A stretch of DNA of 63,105 bases, counting the filler, from Sphacelaria rigidula (Eukaryota), in NCBI GenBank assembly GCA_964200075.2. It is 10 parts of 10 records of this genome, joined end to end, with 100 filler letters (N's around TTAATTAATTAA, not from the genome) between each part and the next. Parts side by side here need not be neighbours in the genome. Positions count along the whole stretch, not along the records: positions 6,322 to 12,542 come from CAXNAA020021419.1; positions 12,643 to 18,863 come from CAXNAA020021420.1; positions 18,964 to 25,184 come from CAXNAA020021421.1; 7 more parts are not named here. One strand, given 5' to 3'. The position numbers and the translations under genes were made by a program. The number at the start of each line of letters is the position of its first letter. The stretch's first letter is position 1. Of the stretch, positions 11,561 through 21,243 are shown piece by piece. The notes below the pieces were generated by a model, which searched no databases, was not told the origin of the DNA, and worked only from the letters and a program-made list of their open reading frames with translations.

Positions 11561-12471
11561 CACCGAGGATGACTCGTAGGCTTGAGTGATTTATTTTGAA
11601 AGCAACGAGCATGGCTCGTTTGCTCGAGTCACTCATCTTTTTCGTCACAAGCAACGACTCGAGCATTCGAGTCGTTTATTTTTCCACCACGAGCAATGAC
11701 TCGAGTGCTCGAGCTATTTTTGGTTTTCACCATAAGAAATGGCGCGAGTGCTCGAGTCATATATTTTCTTCACCACGAGCATCGACCTGTTTGCTTGAGT
11801 CATTCATTTTTTCAACACGAGCAGTGAGTCTTTTGCTCGTGTAATTTAGCTTTTCAACCAGTCATCGTATTCTTTCAGCCATGATAATTTTCAACCACGA
11901 GCTCTGACTCGCATACTCGAGTCATTTATTTTTCCAGTCACGAGCACAGACTCGTATGCTTGAGTCATTGTTGTTTTCAACCACGAGCAATGACTCGTGT
12001 GCTCGCGCTTTTCATTTTTTCAACCACGGGCGGTGACGCGTGGGCTTGAGTAATCTCTTTCTTCACCACGAGTAAGGACTCGACTGCTCAAGCTACTAAT
12101 TTTTTCACCACGCGCACTGACTCGTGTGCTCGAGTCTTATCTTTTCCCCCCGAGCAGTGACTCGAGCTATTCATTTTTTGAACCACGAGCACCGACTCGT
12201 GTACTCGAAAAATTTGACTCCTCCCCCCGCGAGCAATGACTCGAGTGCTCGAGCTGTTCACCTTTTTAACCACGAGCTCTGCCTCGTGTACTCGAGTTTT
12301 TGTTTGTTGTTCCCACGAGCAATGACTCGAGTGCTCGAGCTATTCATTTTTTGAACCACGAGCAATGACTAGTTTCCTCAGGTCATATATATATATATAT
12401 ATATTGAACCACGAGCGGTGACTCATGGGCTATAGTCATCTCTTTCTTCACCACGAGTAATGACTCGACTG
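11561..12471. repeat. Minisatellite, about 22 units of 42-43 bp with a palindromic core
   Basis: Approximate consensus CACGAGCARTGACTCGWGTGCTCGAGTCATTYATTTTTCAAC. Confidence 0.95.
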
Positions 12472-12542
12472 TGTGTGTTGCGTGTGTTGTCGTCCCATTT
12501 ATTCTGGGCACCAGTCTACACCTTTCGGTGTATGTGGGTGCA
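12471..12542 (-). mobile_element. SINE family A, 3' end (cut by the contig end)
   Basis: Reverse complement of the 19575-19641 tail (...GTAGACTGG..CCAGAATAAATGGGACGACAACACAC). Confidence 0.85.
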
Positions 12543-12642
12543 NNNNNNNNNNNNNNNNNNNNNNNNNNNNNNNNNNNNNNNNNNNNTTAATTAATTAANN
12601 NNNNNNNNNNNNNNNNNNNNNNNNNNNNNNNNNNNNNNNNNN
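12543..12642. other. Artificial contig linker 2
   Basis: Same 100-nt linker. Confidence 0.99.
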
Positions 12643-12810
12643 TACATATGTGTAGGAAAAAGTCCGTTGCGGTGACATAGCAGAGACTGATGTTACATAT
12701 GTATACAGACCCAGTGCAAGCAGGGACGAGGTAGGAACGCTCCGGAAGGACCAGATTTCCCGAGGACCCTGTAATGCCAACGAAACTAGACAACTCGGGG
12801 TGATGCCAGG
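12643..12810 (+). pseudogene. Possible Ty1/copia RNase H C-terminal relic
   Basis: YV*EKVRCGDI..DVTYV resembles the copia F(V/I)RExVxxGxIxVxYV segment; very degenerate. Confidence 0.3.
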
Positions 12811-13899
12811 AAGAGCCTAATATTCAGGACGGTCCAACATTCCCCGAGGAACCCGGTCGCCTCCAGCGACCACTCTGTGTCTGAGCCACTTCTTGCCTAC
12901 ATCTCACAAGAGGAAATCATCGTCAGCTTCGGAGTTCCTTCGGCGTCAAGACGACATCTCTTGGGACAGCCTCTTCCTTAGTCTGTCCCCCCTCTGGATA
13001 CGTCCGCCTTACATGTGTGCTCAAACAAAATGGAAATTCAACCATCGGACGTGTATGCTTAATTCTGCTGTCCTCGATATTCCGCCGTTTTGACCCCCTT
13101 GTTTGCGTCCATCCGCCTGTGCGGCAATAGTATCGGCCAAGGTGACGCGGCGCTGGAGGAGTCCGCTGGAGACCACGGAACCGCCGGTGTAGGCATGGGA
13201 GCAGGTGTTGCTCCCGACGCTACGTGCTTTGGATGGGCGATGAAGGTGAATGTCAAGTGCTGGACAGGGAGTAGTATCATTATATTTTATTGATCGATGG
13301 GTCGATTGATATTTTTTCTTTTTCAAAGTCACTGGCCACTGGAAATGAAGCCGTAACGACTACAAGAGTGCCGTTGAGTCGATAGGTCGACTCACAGTCT
13401 TTTGCATCAACCGACCGCTGCGAATAAAGCCGTATCTACGAAAGTGACGTAAAGTTATGCTACGGTAGGCGTTTGCGCATTTGTGCCCAGGTGTGTCTCG
13501 TTGAGAGGCTCCTGAAGTTCATGAGCTACGCAAGAAAATGACTCCTAACATTTCCCGTTTCGAAAAAATCATTTGAAATATAAATCCCTAACCCATTGGA
13601 ATAGCATCTGTGGCGTGCTCTCACATATTTCATGAGTAATTGTTTTTGGATTAGATAAAAGGGCACCCGACAATTCGAACCTCAAGATATTTTTTGAGCA
13701 CCCAAAATAGGCGTACAGACATTCTCGCTTGAAATAACCCGACAAAAATGATCAATCAAGTGAAACCGAAGAAGAAGAATGATACACAGCTGCTACACCA
13801 AAGACTCAGATCGGTTCCCAGCCTCCTAGGGTCTCAGGTGAGACCCCGCTAAGAAGCAAGGCGTTCAAGGTCCGTATACTAAATGGATTTCCGAGCTAC

Positions 13900-14105
13900 T
13901 GTGTGTTTTCTTTTCTATTTTTTTTCGTTGATTTTCTTCCTTCTTATTAATATACCCTGTTTGTCTTCTCTACCTTTCCGATTTTTTTTCCCTTTTCTCC
14001 AGCGAGCGTTTCGGTTGTGTTTGGTCTCGGACACGTCTATCTATCAGTTGACCACGGCTGGATCCCTGGGATTATTTAATCAAAGTGCAGCAATTAAATC
14101 AAATG
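13900..14105 (+). mobile_element. Retroposon 3' end, family C
   Basis: T-rich tract, then GACCACGGCTGGATCCCTGGG and an AATCA-type tail; shared with 15550-15822, 26438-26690 and 54790-54942. Confidence 0.65.
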
Positions 14106-15549
14106 AAAAAAGTAAAATAAAGTGTAAGGAAAGTATGCTCCCTCAGACGACTAGTTAGTGATCTCGGATACTCTGTTCGTGCTCTGGTTGTCGAGCCCAC
14201 GTTACTGGATATGGTGTGGAGCTCAGACAGGTCACTTGCTTGCTGTCTGAGAGGCCGCTCCCCGTGGGAACCACGTGAGGTGGCATGTTGCCAGGCAATT
14301 GGGGGAAAAAACCCTCGTGTAATTCGTTTCAGGGGACCGAGTGAGTGTAACCCTAGGAAAGGCGAGAAACTTGCTCTCCGCATTTTGCACAGACATATGA
14401 CTTTTTTTTTTAGCCTCCAAGTATTCCCACCCGGTGCGATTCACCTACTGGTGATCTCCTTAGGATCTCTGTCCCATAAACTTTACCCGTTCCTCTTTTG
14501 GATACCGTGTATCACCTTGTCGTGTATCAGTCCGCAGTGAGTCTCAAGCCCCAAACTCCAGCCCACCAATATCCTCGTCGCCGATGAAATGAGTTCCCGT
14601 TATCGAAACCCACATAGGAGAAGCACACCGGTGGAAAGCTGGGGGTCCCAGCTACACGATGACGCACGGCTTGCTTTTTTTTCGCGAAACGTTGATGCGC
14701 TCAGGGTAGTGAAGAAGCTAAGAGCGCCAGGAAGTAAGATGTCCACCTGTGCTTCCTCATTAATTTTCCGAAATTTTGAGTTTTCAACACGAGCACGCAC
14801 GCAACTCCGATTCCATTGGAAACCCTGAGTGCGGTATGCGATGATCTCCAGAACCGTGAAGCCATTCGTCATCATCTGTCGTGTATTGATTCGACGCGGG
14901 ATGGTTTGGGTGCTGTAGCTGCATATGCTGGAAGCGTAGACGCTGCAGACAGCCTGTGCGCCACGCTTCTCCACAGGCGTTCAACAGGTTCGACTTGTCC
15001 CCCACTTGTCCTTACTTGTCAATTCACGCTTTAGTCTGCTGCATAGCTCTCGGTATTGGGCGAGAAAGTGGTGGGTGCCCTTTATTTACGGTAGAAGATG
15101 TGGGGTCGAGGCTGAAATTTTCGATGCACGTTCAAAAATTACCTACTCTGTATTTTTGATGAAATCATTCTACATTTGTACGCTGCCGTGGGATCATTTT
15201 CCTCTATCTTGTGTTGTATGAGTCAGAATATCGGAAGAAGAAACGGACGATTTCTGTTCATCAGATCCATGAGAAAAAGAGAACGACTTATGAATGAAAA
15301 ACACGCGTGCTTGATTCGTTTTGTTTTATTCTATTTTATTGTATTTGGGTGCTTGTTCTCAAACGATCCCACATTTGTTTTTCGTGCGATTATGGCGTCC
15401 AAGTTTATTTTGATTGAAGGTCAACATCGGACGAGGTATTGGTTGGTTGGTCCTACTGATACACGTTGTAGAAATGTACCAGCGTGGTATATCGAACGAG
15501 CTTGAGGCATCCCTGCCGCTGCTCTGATTATTGTCTAGTGAAGAGATAA

Positions 15550-15822
15550 ATGACCTCACCCCTGCATGTAGGGTTTTTGAGTTCCTGGTTGTTCCGTTTT
15601 TTTTTTTGCTTTTTTTTTTTAGGTCGCCCATCTCTTTCTGCGCTTTGCTGTTGTTCAATTTTTTATTGTTCTTGTTTTTGTTCATGTTTTAGTCTACTAT
15701 GTCGTTCTGTTCGACTTTTTTTCTGTTCCTTTCTTGAGCAAGTGTTTGAGTTTTGCTTTTCTTGGGTACGTCTATCATGCGACCACGGCTGGATCCCTGG
15801 GGGGTGTTAGTCAATCAATCAA
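15550..15822 (+). mobile_element. Retroposon 3' end, family C
   Basis: ...GTACGTCTATCATGCGACCACGGCTGGATCCCTGGG...TCAATCAATCAA; aligns with the reverse complement of 54790-54942. Confidence 0.75.
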
Positions 15823-16154
15823 GGTTGGTGCAAGAGGGGAATACGGTGGGACTGGATTCCCTGTTGATGCAGTGGTTGGGCTTGGAAGCACTCTTGGTTG
15901 ATCATGTTTACTGTGTTTAGGTTCGTTGAAAGTATATAGTTGTAGAGATGGCCACTGTAAAAAACAAAAACGAAATATTGTACCTACAACCTCAAAATCG
16001 TTGGGTCAAACATGGCCAAATTTCGACCAAATTCCGTCCAATCTGTACATTTTCGGCCGAATTTCGACAGAGTTGGCTTGTTTTGACGTAATTTAAGGCT
16101 GCAATGTGAACCACTGGTGTCGGACCAGGCGTACAGTAGTGGGCGGTCTAACTA

Positions 16155-16650
16155 TACAAGGGTGTTTTGGGGGTTGTCTCGCGTACTACTCTTTGATAGA
16201 ACTCGAAACTGCTAGCGTCGGTAGATTTTGGTACAATCAACGGATAATCCTCGAACCACAGTGCCCACGTCAGCGTTAAATGGTGTTATCGGGCAATACG
16301 AGTAAATACCCCGTTCATCAGGAGGGTGTTATTGATCGTGAAACGCAGTTTTTCGGCTCTCGTGCCATGAGTTGGTAGAATTAAAAAAAATATAACTTGA
16401 CATTTTTTCACAAATATGATCGGGACAGGCTCGATCGACCGAAAATACCGAGGAGTAAAAGTCCGGGCTGAAACGTGGCGGGACCCCCGATGACCAGTTA
16501 GCCCGTAACTCCTTCAATATTGGGTGAAGATGAGTTTTTCTTCTTGGAATGTGAAGCGGATACAAATATCTTCAGATCCCAAATGTGATGAGCCGTGGCA
16601 AGCGAAAAGAACCCACGAAAATCGCCAATTACGGAAAAATCACAAAATGC
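16155..16650 (+). repeat. Dispersed repeat (probable non-autonomous DNA transposon segment), family F
   Basis: About 500 bp colinear with the reverse complement of 28850-29345 (e.g. ATGATCGGGAC..G.TCGATCGACCGA.AATACCGA). Confidence 0.8.
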
Positions 16651-17367
16651 CACAAAATAAATAGTTAGACCGCCCACTACTGTAGCTATCGTATGCCAGC
16701 GAAGAACCGGAGAAAAAGAGCCAGTTATACTTTTTTTCGTGATTTTTGCCGTTTTTCGGGTTCCCAGGGTTCTCTGTGTTTTGGAAAAGGTGCGAAATAT
16801 GGCCATTTGGGGGGCCGACTGATCGTTTATCGGTCGTTTGCGCACGCTGGCGCGCAAACGGAAAAAAAAAAGACGTGATTCAACAAGAAAAAAAACGCAA
16901 GATTTCAAAAATAAATAGCCCAGGGCATTGCACACGGTTAAGGGTCCGTGTGATCATAACGGACTTTACTCATGGGACAGAGGTAGTATACGGAGGGGTG
17001 ATGGGATGTGATCACACTTAGGACAATAGATTACATTTTGAAAAAAAATGTGTCCTGCGCACAGTATGGAATTTACTGTCTACTGCAATAGACACAATAG
17101 TCGATACTGTACGTAGTACACTTTTTGACGGTGTAATCTCTTGTCTTGTGTGTGGATGTGGTACGCGTGCAGCTGTTCGTTTTCGTCGAACACGACTGCA
17201 GTGCTACACCTTGCACTCTCCACAAAGGCAAGGGTTCATGTGTGTGTTTGTGCACTTCAGAGGACCATCGTGCTTGTGCGATCACGTATTCTCAAGAGGG
17301 TGGGCGTAGTTCTGGCTGTACGTGGTACCCGTGATGTTGCCTGCTTTCATTATTGCTTGTTATATAC

Positions 17368-17470
17368 TGTTGCTGTTGTTGTTGTTGTTGTTGTTGACGA
17401 TGGTGATGATGATGATGACGATGATGGTGATGATGACGATAATGATGACGATAATCACGATGATCACAAT
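17368..17470. repeat. Compound (GTT)n/(GAT)n microsatellite
   Basis: Read directly from the sequence. Confidence 0.95.
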
Positions 17471-18437
17471 GTAAATTTTGTGGGTCTTGCTGATGCTGCG
17501 TGTTTTTCATCGCCGCCGTTTGTTTTCTCCGATTGAAGGCGTGCGTAGATGCTGGAGAGCCGAAGGTAGCGCTATCTCTTCTCTCGGGAATGCGGACGGA
17601 AGATATCCATCCGGGTCAGATGTGGTAAGAGGCCGACAACACACACCGCCGTGTATCCGCACTCAGGCTTACCTCAGTTTTCTCCCAGCCATGTGCTTGA
17701 TCATCAATGCGTTCAACAGCTGTAGTGCGAGCAAGCCGAGCAGTACAATCTATCATGAGGGGGGCCCTGCCGCTGACGTGCTGTGTAGGTGCAGTGCGTG
17801 CCAACTACCTAGAGCCGAAGGTTACGAAGCGTTACTCACGGGCGCAATGAAAGATTTTCAATGCCGATTTTTCTTCACAAACAAGGCTCCGTATTGCCAC
17901 AGAGATTTGGGTCACCGGAGCATCTCGACGACATATTCCAAACGGCCTGTTCGACGGATGGTGGGCGCCGGCATTTGTTTTTGTCGAGAAAAACGTGCTC
18001 CAGAATCGCGCATCATTTCGGGCGACGCACTCCGTCGCAACCTGCGCTATCCCCGCAGTATGGTCATGGAGAGGCCACCATGGCTCAGGTCTAAGCAGAG
18101 CCGACGCCGAACCTAGGGGGGGGCGGGACGCACGCAACTCATGTACTGCGGGGTTCAGAGGATTCTCCATCTTGGGAGCAGAATTTTGCAATTTGAAGTT
18201 GCCCAGGAGTCGGCAACTTCTGATCTCTGGGCAGATCGTGTATCGTACGTGAAAACGGCTCGAGATTTGCGTGTTTTGGCGGCACATGTTGTCTCTACAT
18301 TGATATATCATGTGCCTTCTCACTCGTATGAAGAACGCCAAACCTATATGAGTTGCATTGTTAGGGTTTAAGGTCCCCAGTCCATGAAGCACACCTTGGA
18401 TGCAGTTTGTAAGTCGAGACTGAGCATAGTACTACTC

Positions 18438-18568
18438 CCTGCCTGGTCCGGCGAAAACCCGGCGTGCTCCGTCCCGGCTTTGTAGGGGCGAACCCCCTAT
18501 GGGGCTGGCGTCGGTTGGCGATGACACTGTAAAACACGCCGCTCTATGCGTCAGCTAGGCAACCAGGT
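18438..18568 (+). ncRNA. Candidate structured RNA within a repeat (possible retroelement 5' leader)
   Basis: 15-bp stem 18474-18488/18494-18508 with 5 G-U pairs and no mismatch, enclosed by GGCGTG/CACGCC and GCCTGGT/GCTAGGC; 24 nt repeated exactly at 25285. Confidence 0.4.
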
Positions 18569-18738
18569 TACCGACATTTTTTCGCGCGCTTGCGTTTTGT
18601 TTCCAGTAACCATAATGATGGTCGAGCTAGATCATATTGTGCGGGGTGGGAGAACCTCAACTCCGCCCGAAGGAGATGATCGCACTATGTAGTGTTTACA
18701 TGGTGAGACACCCATGAGACAGTGTATAACCCGTTGCT

Positions 18739-18863
18739 GTGTCTCTGGAAGTGGCGATACCAGACAGTAAAGCAACTCATCGGAGGCTGTCATCCAAATG
18801 CAAGATAATCAGTAGCCTTCGATGAGTTGCTTTACTGACTGGTATCGCCACTTCCAGAGACAC
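18739..18863 (+). ncRNA. Near-perfect 50-bp hairpin (pre-miRNA-like or centre of a foldback element), cut at the contig end
   Basis: 18739-18788 pairs with 18814-18863 with one A-A mismatch and one G-U pair; 25-nt loop. Confidence 0.45.
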
Positions 18864-18963
18864 NNNNNNNNNNNNNNNNNNNNNNNNNNNNNNNNNNNNN
18901 NNNNNNNTTAATTAATTAANNNNNNNNNNNNNNNNNNNNNNNNNNNNNNNNNNNNNNNNNNNN
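18864..18963. other. Artificial contig linker 3
   Basis: Same 100-nt linker. Confidence 0.99.
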
Positions 18964-19034
18964 GGTTCATTGGGGAAACTGGAAAGCTGTGGTGTATGCA
19001 AGTTTTAGCAGCTTTTACGCTGGCCCAGCTCGTA

Positions 19035-19200
19035 TCCTTTGGGGGAACGGAAGGCTAGAAACCCCCCGAAACAGTTTTAGGCAGGTCGGGAGGGATGAGG
19101 TCGTCCGTATGAGAGTAATTTGTAATGAATTTAGGTCAGGCAAAGCATGGCTTTTGAGTTTAACCTCATTTTTTTCAACCCCATTTTCAAGAATCCACTG
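19035..19200. mobile_element. MITE family E, right arm
   Basis: Aligns with about 10716-10885. Confidence 0.8.
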
Positions 19201-19288
19201 TTGTTCTGGGTTTCTCCGCTGATTTTCCCTTCTCTTTTTGTTTTGGATGAGTTCGATGCTTTTTTATGTTCTTCTACGAACGCCGGTC

Positions 19289-19643
19289 GCCTCGGTGGCT
19301 CAGTTGGTAACCTCGCAACCTTCTGATATTGAGTTGTGGGGTTCGATTTTCGGAGTGATCTGGGAATTTTTATTCCACCATGCCCAACAGTGGAGAGCGA
19401 CTATGTCGTGGGTACACAAAATTCGACTTCACAGTCGACGAGGGAAAGGGACTGCTGAACCCCTCTCGCGATAAAAAAAAAAAAGGCAAGCACCGCAGAA
19501 GGAAGGTGGAGTAATGAAAACAAATAAAAAAGAAAAAGCTCCCGTGTTGACCTTCCTCCTGTGTGACCCCGGCTGATGCGCCCACATATATATGCCGAAA
19601 GGGGTAGACTGGCGCCCAGAATAAATGGGACGACAACACATAC
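19289..19643 (+). mobile_element. tRNA-derived SINE family A, apparently full length
   Basis: Pol III box A TGGCTCAGTTGG (19296) and box B GGTTCGATT (19340); body shared with 45537-45850; AATAAA and CA-rich tail. Confidence 0.85.
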
Positions 19644-20527
19644 GCTGTGTATTACATTCGCATTTCCCTGCTAACTGGACTACTTCTTCTGCTGGTTCTA
19701 TCTGAACCTCTTTTCTGATTCGAGTATAATACCGGTAGGCAGGATTATATTGCGGCGGTGCTAATTGCATTGTTTGAACAAAGTAAACGCATCCGTTTCA
19801 TTTTCTATCGTCGTGTTGTACCTCGATCTTCGTTTCCGCATATCTGAGTGCTTCAGTAATCGCGGGCCATCGAGAACATCTCACTAACACAAGCGATGTG
19901 CGATACACACACGCGCGCGCACGCAAACAAACACACGTGGACCGCACCTGCTGTGTGGGCGTGTCGGTCCTCTTCACCAATCCCAACAGCAGCTAGGCAT
20001 ACAGCCCAACTTGGTCCCATAGGCAGAGCACCTTATATCCAAGCACAGGGTATGTCAATGTAGCATATTTACCATAGCGTTTGTATCCAAAAACCTCTGA
20101 GCCCTACTCGTAAGAGTGTCAGTTACTTTTCTTCCCATCTGATTGGCCAAAATGCCCCGAGACGAGACAAAACCCGACGTACTGTTAGGTTCGCGCAGAA
20201 CTCAGTGACAGCATGTACTCACGGCAGAGCAGAGGGTACAGCAGGCAAGCTGCGACGAGGAGACGAGGGTAGCCAGGGAGCTACCGCAGAAGACTATCTC
20301 AGCACATGAAATTTATTTACCTGTGCTAATTGATCCCTTCTCAGGAGGAGGGTTGCCAAGGCTTCCACGCCTTGGCATCACCGTGATCCTGTGGGTGTGT
20401 CCTTGTCTCCGTGTGTGCGTTTTTTTTTGCGGACCTGCTTCCTCTTGGTTTTTCAGAGTTTGGGAGTATAATTCATTGAGCGTCTGCGCTAGAGGTGTAG
20501 GTCTTCAGACCTTGTGCGTGGAGAAAG

Positions 20528-20599
20528 ATGGCGCATCTTGGTGCTTTTAAAAACATGTTCGAGGAGATAGCAGACGGCGGTGCGGGTGGCTGTACTCAG
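20528..20599 (+). CDS. USP40-like deubiquitinase, coding exon 1 (MAHLGAFKNMFEEIADGGAGGCTQ)
   Basis: ATG to CAG|GTAAAA, phase 0, joins exon 2 in frame. Confidence 0.7.
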
Positions 20600-21153
20600 G
20601 TAAAAATATGGTCCTAGGTGCGGCTTAGTCTATGCTCTGTTCCACACATGAATCTGAATTTGTACCGTGTCTTCTCTACAGCAGTCTGCAACCAAAAATC
20701 AGTACCGCTAGAAAATACAGTACAAAGAATACAAGACAGTCAGTGCGGTACATGTAGTTCGTCGGGTGTTCATGTGTTCGCCCTGCTGGAATAGCGGAGC
20801 CAACTGCCAGTCGCTGGGCTTCGTAGTGCTGACTTGGGGTGATGTCGCGATTTTCACCAGCAGTCGAAACCCTCGGTGTCCGTTATTTTCCTAGTCACAC
20901 TGAAAATAGGCAACATCAAGTGAGTCCCTATCCGTGGCCTGCCTCATCTTACGGTACCGATGTGCGCTCCGGCTGTGCAATACTGTTGTGTACGGCGGAA
21001 CAGTCTTCCACCGTTGTGCTGCTGTCCGTGGGCATAAAAAAATACATGACACTATCCCGCAAGCCATGGCTATGACACGCGTATGTTATGATTTGCACTA
21101 CTGTTTATGTTTCGTCAATGTTGTGTGTCCATTGTCTCGTGGCGTGCTTGCAG

Positions 21154-21243
21154 CCAGAGGACGAAGCCATGGGTCGTGCCGACAGTGGCTTTGTAGGCCT
21201 GGACAATCAGGGGGCGACGTGCTACCTGAACGCCCTCTTACAG
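21154..21243 (+). CDS. USP40-like deubiquitinase, exon 2 with the catalytic Cys box
   Basis: PEDEAMGRADSGFVGLDNQGATCYLNALLQ matches peptidase C19 GLxNxGxTCYxNxxxQ; TTGCAG acceptor and GTATAG donor. Confidence 0.95.

Noticed and set aside
11561..12471. CRISPR-like appearance of palindromic repeats
   Set aside because: Repeats are degenerate, linkers are short related T-tracts rather than unique spacers, no cas genes are present, and the context is eukaryotic.
14186..14960. Possible LTR (TGTCGAG start) followed by gag-like text
   Set aside because: No second LTR, PBS or diagnostic Gag motif is visible.
17141..17536. ORFs with poly-Val/Asp or poly-His/Gln
   Set aside because: They are translations of a (GTT)n/(GAT)n microsatellite.
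17478..18371. 212-aa ORF and neighbouring frames
   Set aside because: No recognisable motif or splice structure; may be decayed TE sequence but cannot be supported.
19289..19360. tRNA gene
   Set aside because: Has A and B boxes but no complete cloverleaf, and continues into a repeated SINE body.
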